DNA from: the human T2T-CHM13v2.0 reference genome, Homo sapiens
NCBI RefSeq assembly: GCF_009914755.1
Contig: NC_060925.1
Length of the DNA: 64,000 bases
Direction: 5' to 3' (one strand)
Shown piece after piece: positions 52,859 to 64,000 of the stretch. Both the position numbers and the translations under genes were made by a program. Position 1 is the first letter of the stretch. Every line of letters begins with the position of its first letter. The notes beneath the pieces are model-generated. The model did no database searches and had not been told where the DNA came from. It was given only the letters and a program-made list of their open reading frames with translations.

Positions 52859-55074
52859 ACGATGATCCAGTCCAGGTTTTCGGGTGGCCAGGGTCAGCCC
52901 GGGAGCTGACGTCCACAACCCCAGAAGAGGAGAGGGCTGCCAGGGAACCAGCACTGGAAAGTCCACCAAGAGAGTTTCTTTCCACAGTGCTGTAGACAAA
53001 CATTGAGATGGGGGGCAGTGAGCTCAAGGTGTGTCCCCCAGCAAGTGTCTGCAGGGCGGCACCCCACCCCGATGCTGCCCCCTTACAAGCAGAACCACCA
53101 GCTTCCAGGAGTGTCCAGGGGCAACCAGGCAAAGTCAGAATCATCTTGGGAGCTTATTGAAAATACAGATCCCCAGGCCCACCAAGAATTACTAAACTGC
53201 ATTTTCCAGGGCTGGAGCCCCAGCAACTAGAATTTTAATAGACAGTGGGAACTGGGGAAGCCAAAGCTGGGTGAGGGCTGGAGAGAAGGGAGTTGGCTCC
53301 CTACTTTGTCCTTCACCAGATCACTATTGGGCATCTCCTATGTGCCAGGCAGTGTGCTCAGAGCTGGGTATACATGAATGAAGAAAAGAGACACAGTGCC
53401 CACCCCTGTGGAGCTCACTCTGCTGGGATCCTGGCCGGAACCATAATGCTCCCAGGCTCCATGTAATCCTGCTCTGTCCATTTCCCCTGCCTGCCACCTG
53501 CCCTCTTTCCCCACCCCCCAGCCCCTTGGCCCCTAATGCCAGCTGCACCAGCCTCACCTGCTTCCTTGAGTGTCCTGTGCCCTTCCTACTACCAGGCATT
53601 TTCCACACAGCTCTGTGCTTGAAACCCACCCCAACCCCACAGCTGCCCCATCTTTACCTCATTAAACTCACTCATCCACCAGAAGCATTAGGAGTGGAAT
53701 GGAGAAAGGCTAGATTCTGAAGCCAGAGGGCCTGCGTTCGAACCCTCACCCTGCTGCTTATTAGCTGTATATTATTGGAAAATGCACTCAATCTTTCGGT
53801 GCCTCCGTTTCCCAATCTGTAAAATAACAAGAGTTCTTATCTCATAGGGGTAAGGAGGAAATGAGTAAATATGTATGAGTGAAGCACTAGGAACAGCGCG
53901 TGGCCCTGCGGATAACAGAATATTGAAGAACTGATACCACACAGGTTACAGCCAGCTAACAAAGTTAACAACCAGTGCTGCAGCTGCAGCCCAGCCCACC
54001 CAGCACCATTAGCACTCTGTAAGTGTTATCACTGGGATGCCCAAAACCCACTGGCCAGTCCCTGTTCCACATTCTCTCAGCAGCCCTTGCTTCTTTGGGG
54101 GTAGAGCTTAAAACTCTGTGTAATTGTTTCCATTCGTGTAACTACTGGAGTCACATCTGTCTTCCCTTCTTCCCCATAAGGGCAGAAACCACATCTACTC
54201 TGTCCTCACCACTGCCACCCCGCTTCCCAGCACAATGCCTGACACTTCGTGGGAGGCCAAAAACTATTTGTTGAAAGAGCAAATAAATGAAGGAATCAAG
54301 TGTAACCCTCTTAGAGCCTGGCCATTTCGCCTCCTCCTTGAAGTCAACCTCAGCATGAGTCACATTCACAGAAACATTCATCTCATACCCAGAGATCATC
54401 AAAAGACCAGCTGAAGGCTTTTCTGCAGTCCTTGAGAGAATGCCAAAAGGTGGGGTTGCATTCACCGCTCAGGAAACAGCTCAAAATCCTTCCACTCTCG
54501 CTCTTGCCTGCTCCAGCCTCTCGGGAAAAGGGCCAGTCTGCTACTCCAAGAGAACACGCGGACTGAAGTGCTGTCCACGCGGTGTTCAGATGGGGCTCTG
54601 GAGGCCATGCCATGTGATCCCTCGGTGAGGAAAGGATTCCCTGGCCAGCCATGGGGAATATGAACTCCTGAAGATGAACAAGAGCTCTCAGCCCCCTCCC
54701 CCAGGCCCACCCAGCTGTCCTGAGGTCCCCTTGGAAGAGACCAAAAGAGAAGAAGCAACAGGGGGCCAGAGACCCCCAGGCCCCCAACCACCATATACCA
54801 CATAAACCAACTGATGAGGAAAGAAGGTCCTAATACAGGCACTTCCCCTTTCATTCTTGATAAACTCAGAGTCCAAACAGCCCTCACAGAATGACTGCAA
54901 TGTCAGGGAACTGAAAAAGAAGAGCTTACTCTCTCCCTTCAATAAGTTTCTTCCCTTCTCTGAGCCTCAGTTTTCTCCATCTGTAAAAGGGCTGCTAAAC
55001 TTCCTTCCAGCTGGAAACCAAGATGGCGGTCTTGGCAAACCTGGCACAGCAAGAAAAATTGGCCTAGGGCATAG

Positions 55075-55464
<390 letters not shown>

Positions 55465-55744
55465 TAGGACAGATTTTATCAAAATGTTTGTATTATAGGA
55501 ATGCCTCTAGATCGAGGTCTTAACCAGAAGTGATCTCTCCCATGGCCCTCAGGGTAGTTTACCTTATCTCTCGAAGACACACCTGTAGGCTGTGTTGTAT
55601 TAATTATATGTCTGATCTCCTTGAGAAAGCTGTAAAGATCCCTGTGGTCAGGAAATACACTCATTTTTGTGTCCCTGGTACCGTATCCTATGTGCTAATG
55701 AACACTCATTAAATGTCTGCTGACTTGAGTTAAAAAAAGAAACA

Positions 55745-55930
55745 AAAACCACTTGCTGTGTGATGTTGAGCAAGTTTCTTAACCTCTCTGAGCTTCAGTT
55801 TTCTCATCTGTAAAACAAGAATTTAAAATGTACCTGCCTCTAGGGTCATTTGAAGGATTAGTAAAGTCACACACATAAGGGGCTTAGTTCTACATCTATC
55901 ATAGATAAAGCTCTCAATAAATGTTAGTAA
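55745..55930 (+). mobile_element. MIR
   Basis: aacctctctgagcttcagttttctcatctgtaaaa core. Confidence 0.8.
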
Positions 55931-55959
55931 TTAATAGTATTAATTGTGATTGTAATGAA

Positions 55960-56650
55960 TGTGGTGTGGTGAAAATGATGGTTATGATGATGTGGTAATG
56001 TTGAACATGGAGATAATGATGGTGGCTATGCAGATGGCAGTGGTAATCATGGCAGCGAAGTTGGTAGTAATGGTGGTGATGGTGGTGATGGTGGTGGTGG
56101 GGGGGTAGTGATGGTGGTAATGATTGTGGTGATGGTAGTGGTGATGTTGGTGGTGATGGTGGTGGGGGTAGTGATGGTAATGATTGTGGTGATGTTGGTG
56201 GTGATGGTGGTGGTGGTGGGGTTAGTGATGGTGGCAATGATTGTGGTGATGGTGGTGATGGTGGTGGTGATGATGGTGTTGGTGGTAGTGATAGTGGTGG
56301 TGGTGGAGGTAGTGATGGTGGTAATGATTGTAGTGATGGTGGTGATGGTGGTGGTGATGATGGTGTTGGTGGTGGAGGTAGTGATGGTGGTAATGATTGT
56401 AGTGATGGTGGTGATGGTAGTGGTGATGTTGATGATGGTGGTGGTGATGGTGGTGGTGGAGGTAGTGATGGTGGTAATGATTGTTGTGATGTTGGTGATG
56501 GTGGGGGTAGTGATGGTGGTAATGATTGTGGTGATGGTGGTGACGATAGTGGTGGTGGTGATGACAGTGGTAGTGGTGATGGTGGCTATGGCCATGTGAT
56601 GGTGGTAATGCTGGTAATGGTGTCAGTGATGAAGACAGTGATGTGATGTT
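55960..56650. repeat. Complex (TGG/TGA)n tandem repeat with higher-order units
   Basis: Recurrent gtagtgatggtggtaatgattgt motif, 7 copies. Confidence 0.92.
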
Positions 56651-58049
56651 GATAGCCTTGACTGGGTCAGCTCAGGTTAACCCAGAATCAGGTCCCACAC
56701 TGGCTCCTTGGGTCCAGCCAATAGTTGGCCACGCAGGCACTTGGAACCCTGACAAGGCCTTCTGGCCTCAGTACTGCTGTTGAGGCGGAAGCAGAAAGCA
56801 GACACCCACACTCAATAAGAGGCTGGGATGTTTCATATGGCATGTTCTGCCAACAAAAGGTGAATGTAATAATTTTGAAAGGAATATTTGTGCACTGGAG
56901 CTGAGGAACAGCCATTTAATACGGTGCTCGGCAGGGGAGGAGAGGCACGTGGGCAATAATAAATATGTATCCATTACACCCAGGAGGGCGGCGGATGCTC
57001 GTGTGGATCAGAGGCTGGATGCTGTTTGTTTGGGAAGGGATTGCCTGCAGAAATAAACCACAAACCTTTATTGGGAACCTACTGTGTGCAGGTCTGCTTC
57101 TGTGAAGGGCACGGCTAAGCATGAAACCCAGCTGTAACCTCTGAAAAGCTAAACGCAGGGAAGGGAAGACAAAATATATAGAATAAAAACTCTGGCACCT
57201 GTCCATTCATTCAATAAATGCACACTAAATACCTAGTCTGTATCAGCCCTGTGGTACGCACTGGGAATACTGAAATAAAAGAAAGCCTCCGTCCTCAGGG
57301 AGCTCCCAGCCTGGAGGGGAAGACAAATGAGTAAATAAATATGCACCTAACAGTGGGCTGCATGCCACCTGGGTCCATCACCCATCCAGGGCTCACAGTC
57401 TGCCAGGCATCGTCTCACTCATCTCATTATGTTAGTCTCATAACACATTATGTTAGCCTGTAAAGTTGGTGCCATTATGATAGCCACTTTACAGAGCAGC
57501 AAACTGAGACCCAGAGAGGTTAAGTAATTTGCTGCAGATCACTGAGCTCCTAAGTGGAAGAGTCAGGATTTGAACCCGGCCCTGGGAGACTCTTAGGCAC
57601 CCTGCTGGTTCATGAGAGGGAGGGTTCAACTCTGCCCAGAGAATCAGGGGGGAGGGTTCACAGAGGAGACCCCTGAGCTGGTCACAAAGGACAAGAAGGG
57701 GTGTGCTGGAGGCTGGGATGTGGAGGGTGGGCAAGGCTTGAGCAGAACAAGACTTTCTAAGAGGGGCAGCAGCAGAAGCAGTGGTGTAGAGGTGAGAAAG
57801 CCTTTGGCACTCCCACGGGACAGTGAGAAGACCAAAGTGGCTGCAGCTGAAAGGTGAACGAGGTATTGAAGCTGCTAAATTAGGAGTGGGAGCCAGGTGC
57901 AGACAACTGTACTGAGAAAGCTCAGCTCTGAGCTTCCACTAGACCGGCAGTGCATAAACCAAGTAGACTCTCTGCCCTCCAGCTCCCTGGCCCTGAAGAA
58001 AGCCAAATCCTTCCTGGGCCCCAGATTAGCACTCCACTTTCAGATAGGA

Positions 58050-58290
58050 CTGGTGAGGTGAAAAGAACATGAGCTTTAGACATAGGCATGCCTGGGTTAA
58101 AATTCCACCCCCGACCCACACTACCTGTGCAATTGGGACAATGTATCTAACCTCTCTGAGCCTCAGTGTTCTCATCTGTAAAACGGGCTCAATAATACAT
58201 ACCTTAGTTTTGTGAGAGTTAAACAGTGTAATGCTAGTAAAAGAGAAAAGGCTCACCTAAGGTCTGGCATCCAGTAGATGTTCATTAAAA
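58050..58290 (+). mobile_element. MIR
   Basis: aacctctctgagcctcagtgttctcatctgtaaaa core. Confidence 0.8.
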
Positions 58291-58659
58291 ATAGGTCCCT
58301 TTTTCCTTTCTCCTGCCTTCCCTTCTGGTTTTCCCAGTTCCTATACAGCATGCAAATCATAATGCACATTACTCCTGGAACAAGCCTGAGAATCCTTTGT
58401 GGGTGCTGTCTTGGAATTCAGAAAATACAATTCCCATATAGGGAGGATGCAAGTTTAATACACATAGTAAAGGAAGGTGCTCTTTGCATTCCCCAATGTT
58501 CTGCTTACTCTTAGGTTAGAAATAAGTCTAAAACACTAATCTATAGACAGATGAGGCCAGGTGCTTCTGTAAGGTGCAGGATGCAGGGAGCCCCCCTTCC
58601 TGTGGCTGGGGGACTGGGGGTGGAAGGACACAACACCCCTATCTGCCTCTTCCCTTCTG

Positions 58660-59535
58660 CCCAACTACCACTAGGATGCTTGAATGGAAATGCAAATTTA
58701 ACCATATTCAATTCCTTTCTTCACCCCCAAACCTGGATTCCCCCAGCCCCACGTTCACCACTTCAGTCAATGGCTCATCTTCCCGTCCAGAAGTCTAGCG
58801 GTCATTGTCAACACCTCCTCACACCCCTGTCCTCCATCTACCACTAAGCCTTGCTTATGTCACTGCCTGATGATCTCAGGTCACTTTCGTGACCCTAACT
58901 CAAGCCCTTGCCTTGTGTCACCTGGACAACCCCCACAGCCTCCCGATTGGCGTTCTCATTTCTGCTCCACCCCTTCTCCACACGCTGTTAATGTCACTTC
59001 CTCGCCTTGTGTTTCCCACTGCTCTCAGAATAGAGGCACCACTGTCTTAAAGACAATCTTCCGTAACGGGCCAGAAAAGTCCTGAGGAGTCGGCCCCACC
59101 TTCCTGCGTATTCTCACGTCACACCCTTCTCCACTCAGTCACACTGCCTTCCTCTCCCTCTGCACACTCATCCTGCTCCTTCCCACCCCAGGGCCGTTGC
59201 ACATACTGTTCCTTCTAAGTGGAAAGCTCTTCTTGGCCCTATTTGTCTATATAACATCTCAGTGGAAGGACGCTTTCTCTAGGAAGTCATCCATGACCTT
59301 CCAGACCAATTCTGAGCTTCCATGTAGCACCACATATGTCTCTGTGTAGCACTTATCTAGACCGTAATTGTACATTGATTGATGTGGTCATTTGATTAAA
59401 GCCAGTCTCCCTGAAACCCCCAGAGGGCAGGGAACATGGCTAGTTTCACTCCTTCTAGAACCAAGGGCCTGGTACATTGTAAGCACACAATGAATAGAAT
59501 CAGATGAATGAATAAAGGAGGGAAGGAATGAATGA
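58660..59535 (+). mobile_element. L2 3' region
   Basis: ...gagggcagggaacatg...cctggtacattgtaagcacacaat...gaatgaatgaa end. Confidence 0.6.
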
Positions 59536-60976
59536 AGTGATGCTTCTGTACCCTCCTCCCCCGATCTTCAGTAAAACCTAGACTCATACAAAGGCAGACG
59601 GAGACACTAAAAGTGACCTTCCCATGTCACACAGCAAGTATAATTGAACTAGACCCAGAGCAATCCAGGCTTCCTTACTGGAATGGCTTTCCCAGACCTG
59701 CTGACTTGGGGTCTAAGTTCCACAGTGGGGAGGGGTGCAGGAAGGAGTGAGTTGGAGGAGCATCAAGGGCCAAAGGAGGGAAGAGTTTTATAGCTCCTGG
59801 TCTCTGCGCACCTGGGCTCTAATCCAGGCTGCAAAGCACCCTGGCGAGAAAAATGTGTTTTCTGCATGTTATGCTGGGCCCCGCCGACACCATATGCAAA
59901 TGTATGCAAATTATGTGCAAACACAGTCTCTGGTTTAGATGAGAAAAACCAAAAGCCTGGTATCAGGGGAGCCATCTAAGACTAAACCAAGCTGGCAGGC
60001 CCTCCTGGCCCGCAAAGCTCTGACGCAGCCCTGCTGGCTACACAACTAAAATGGGGTGCAGGTGTAAGCAAGTGGGAACAACTCCCCCAGAGAATCCCCC
60101 ACCTTCTGCCCTCCAGAAACACAGACCATCAACCCCAGGGGACTTGGCTGCTGTGAACTTTGGGCTATTTTTCCTGAAGTGGGCTTACTCCCCAGGCCAT
60201 CCTCAGCACAGCTGTAAAAGGGTGTGCTCTGGGGGCCACTCTGCAGCCCCCACAGAAATGTCTCCATCAGTAGTGACTTTGCATGACCTCACTCTTTGGT
60301 CTGTGTCTGAATCGCCTGGGATGCACACTCAAAAACAGATTCCGTGGTCACCTTCAGAGGTGGAACTTGCAGGTCGGGGAAAGCCTTCCCCTTCTTGGCT
60401 GACGAACTCCTGTTCCTCCCTCCTGGAGATGCAGATCTAAATGTCCTGTGAAGCGCACCCTCAGGCCCCCTCACTCTCTCCAAGTACCATGGGCCTCCTG
60501 CCTTCCTTGGTGATCCCACAGCCCTGGATACCCCCAGTCACAACACTGGGCCTACTGGGGGCAGGAGTTTGTGTAAGGGTTTGTCTCTCCCACTGCACTG
60601 GAAAGGCTCGGAGGTACATGACCAATAGGAAGGGTTTTGTGAGTGAATGAATGAATCAGCAAACCAATGAATGAATGTGAGTGAAAGGGAAGCAAGGAGA
60701 GAATGCATGTAGCATCAATGATCTCTTCAGGAAAATTCCAGAGGGTCTGAGAGTGCTAGTAAGGCACAGACAGCATGGGCTGGGCAGATCTGGCCTCCTG
60801 CTCCCAGGTGCCTCAAGGGCCAGCCCTGCCTTGGCTGACATCTTCCCTGGCTCCTGTTCCCCCTGCCCCCCACCTCCCAGCATCAGCCTAATCGGCTGTC
60901 AGCACCAAAAAGAGCTGTTCCTTGAAACCTCACAGCCCATGATTGGATCTATGGCAGCTTCCTAAGCCGCTCAGTG

Positions 60977-60990
60977 GTTCCCATGGCAAC
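60977..60990. promoter_or_regulatory. RFX X-box GTTCCCATGGCAAC with a reverse CCAAT box at 60942-60946
   Basis: 13/14 match to the palindrome; TGATTGG 30 bp away. Confidence 0.6.
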
Positions 60991-61944
60991 CCGGCTGGTA
61001 CCAGACTGGCAGCGGGCCACCTGGAGGAGATGGGGGGAGGAGGGGAAGAGGGGCAGACATGTGTGGGGTGGCTGCCCGAGGCAGGGCTGAGGGGGAGGAG
61101 GAAGGGAGAGGCAGAGAGAATAGAGAAACTCAGAGAACCCTGGAGAGAGAAGAACAGGAGTTACAGGGACACTGACATGAGTGGGGGGCTGCAGGGGCTG
61201 GGAGAGATGGAGAGAGGTCAGATGGAGGAAATTCAAGGAGGCTGGGAACTTGGGAGACGGGGAGAAGGTGGGAACTTGAAATGGGGCAATACGGGGATGA
61301 TGGGAGTGGAGGGAGGGGTCTAGAGAGCCATGGGAAACTGGGCAAGAGGTAGGGCAGACCAAGACCAAGGGGGATGAGGGCAGAAGGCAGAGAGGGCCTG
61401 GTCAGGCTGCAACTGAAGCAGGAAGCCAGAGGCCTGCAAATTGGGGAAACTAAGGCAGAAAATGGCCTCTGACCCTGCCCCACACGACACACAAATCAGG
61501 AAAGGAGGCGGACAGAATCACTGCCCACGAAGCCTCCAACCTCAGCCCATGTCCAGGCTTGGTGCCTTGGCATCACCGTGATAGAGCCTGGCAGAGGACT
61601 GTCTTTTTTGACACTCTAAAGGCCAAGGAGCCTCAGCAAAAAGCCCCTACATGACTAAGGTGCCTCCGATCATGATGAAATTGGACTCCAGGAGGAAGCT
61701 CTGCCACCCCTCCCAAGCAAACAGTGACGCTGACAAAGAAACGAAATGGTACCTTCAATGTGCAGGGTCAGCCTACAGATGCCCGCCCCAGAGAACCGAC
61801 TGTCGAGGCCTGGGAGATATGGTTTGGGGTTGCCTTGTCGGGAAAAGGCAGCCAATAAGAGGTGACAGACTGGAGATTAGGAATCCCAGCACTGCTTCAA
61901 CTCACTGATGGCCTTGGACTCACTTGCAGTCACTCCTTTGTTTA

Positions 61945-62290
61945 AGTCAGATGAGGTACCCGGCAGGAGCTGTCCATGTGCAACTGCCAGGAGCCCAACT
62001 CAGAGTGGCTGAAGCCAAAGGGAAAAGAATTTGCTCATGAAATTGACAAGTCCAGCCATGGATCCAGGAGCTCCAAAAATGTCCTCAGGGACCCCTTGCC
62101 TCTTGACTTCCTTCTTGGTCATTTTATTCTCAGGCGAGCTTTCCCCCTGAGGAGGCATGCGGTCACCAGCAGCTCCAGGCTTATACCCTACCCCAGTAGA
62201 AGGAGCCACTTTGTTCCTAATGGTACCAGGAAAAGTCCTAGGATTGCTCATTGGGCAGGGTTGGGTCTCATGCTCATCCCTGCAGAGTGA
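61945..62290 (-). mobile_element. Old MLT1-type MaLR LTR fragment
   Basis: cccaactcagagtggctgaagc...cagcagctccaggctta...tcattggg pattern. Confidence 0.55.
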
Positions 62291-62859
62291 CAGTGACAGT
62301 GCGCCCTCCTGCAACAAGTCACGTGCCAGGGACTTCTCTAGGAACATGTATGTCTTAACCCACTTAATCCTTAAAAAGGTCAGGACTACTGCTATTTACA
62401 TTTCATGGATGAGGAGATTGAAGCACAGAAAGCTTATATAACTTGTCCATAGCTAATGAGTGGTGCAGCTAGAATTCCAACCCAACCCAGATGGTGTGGC
62501 TTCATGGTCCAGGCTCTCAAGTACACAAGGGTCACATGGAGGGCTTGTGAAAGCACAGAGTCCTGGGTCCCAGCTCCGAAGCTTCTGATTCTGGAGCTCA
62601 GGGGTGGGACCTAGGAATTCGATGCTATCTGCAGACCATGCTTTGAGTGACACTGAACTACCCTCAGGTGCTTCTCATGAGCAGCTACTTGCTTCAGCTG
62701 CTTGCGCCAATCACAGTGACTCTGATTCGCCACACCTGGGTCCCACGGCCAACCAGGTATGGGGGAGGTGGGGAATCAATACCTAAGCCATATGGCCCAA
62801 AAATGAGGGAGGGTGGATGTAAAGGAAGAAAACGTGTTCTGTAATCAGAAGGGATGCTT

Positions 62860-63015
62860 GAGCAACTTGGCACCCTCACTGTGCTTTGATTTCCTTATCT
62901 ATGATATGAGGATAGTAATAGTACTTCCTCATAGGATTGTTGTGAAGATGAAATTAGTTGATACTTGTGAAGCACTTACAGTTGTCCCTGGAACATAGTA
63001 AGTACCCAATAAAAA
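62860..63015 (+). mobile_element. MIR
   Basis: atagtacttcctcataggattgttgtgaagatgaaat...acatagtaagtacccaataaa. Confidence 0.8.
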
Positions 63016-64000
63016 TTGGATACTCACTTAATGTACATTAGCATGAACACACACATATACAAGAACACAAAGGCACCCAGCCACTCACTTGCAAACACAC
63101 ACGTGAGGACGCAAACATATGCAGGACACACACAACACAATTTTGGGCATGTGGTCATATACAAAATCTCAAACACATATAACGACCCACCCGTGAACAC
63201 ACAAATGGTTACACGCTCAAAAGCCTTGGAACACACAGTAAGCTGGCCCGAGTTTGTTCTCCCAGATCCTCTGAGTCCACTGCCACTCTCTGCTCCTTCG
63301 AATAAGCTCTCTTTGATGAATATCAGGAGGAGGAGCAGGGCTGGAGCAGGGCAGCCTCCTGCCTAAGAGCCAGACCAGATGTTTAAATCAGACAGTTAGG
63401 TTTAGGATTGTTTCTACCAATTACTGGTTGACTTTCAGCGAGTTAACTTCTCTGAGCCTGTTTCCACCTTCAAAAAATGAGGATGATGAAGTACCCACTC
63501 CTTGTGGTTGTGAGAATTCACAGGGTAAATTCCTTTATGCCTTGGAGCTATAGAAAGTGCTCAGCGAGAGTTAGCTGTGCCTATTGTTTTATTATGACAA
63601 TCATCTCTGGTTTCTGGAGTGGCCTCCAGATGTGGGCAGGAATCAATGCATGTTTAGAAAAATGGCCAGGATTGGGTCAACCCTCAAAGCTACCACAGAA
63701 CCAGGTCCCCACCTACCGCCGAAGCAGTGGAGGCCGCGGCAGCACTGAGTGACTGCCACCGTACCAGAGCTGCAGCGCGCACAGCCGGCCCAAGAGCTGT
63801 TGACAGCTTTCTGCAAGCACTCACCATCTCCCTCTGCAGCTACGAATGGCGGGGTGGTGTTTGTAAATTACAGCAATATGTAATTTTTATTCAGTGATTT
63901 GTGTAAACTTACAGGATCCATAGCGGGTGTGGGCAGACATGATTTGCATTGCCAAATGGCCTTCTCTGTGGGCAGGAAACAGGCAGCCTGGCTTGGTAGG

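Noticed and set aside
56047-56599. Mucin-like Thr-rich (-) and Val/Met-rich (+) ORFs
   Set aside because: By-products of a trinucleotide-based tandem repeat lacking stops in those frames

Overview
Human (primate) genomic DNA, shown by AluJ/S, THE1, MST, MIR, L2 and ancient L1 repeats. Bases 1469-27852 (+ strand) hold the last 14 coding exons of VWA5B1. All exons were walked by hand: every intron is GT-AG and the phases join into one frame of 834 or 839 aa, from the second half of the vWA domain to the stop TAG at 27850-27852. A poly(A) signal follows at 28270. The rest of the window is non-coding and, from recalled annotation only, probably lies in the minus-strand lncRNA LINC01141. It contains an orphan CpG island (~39.65-40.64 kb), a CTCF-like site and several motif-dense enhancer candidates. 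There are no tRNA, rRNA or CRISPR features, and most ORFs in the track are spurious. The best candidate for an undescribed system is a set of four RFX X-boxes (GTYNCCATGGNAAC). One lies inside a VWA5B1 intron upstream of a hidden 132-nt exon that could act as a poison exon, an alternative last exon, or the first exon of a short isoform. Also notable: a 5'-inverted (twin-priming-like) Alu, a 5'-inverted ancient L1, NAGNAG and dual-donor micro-splicing, and in-frame exon blocks flanked by inverted Alus. Repeat subfamily names and boundaries are by-eye estimates.
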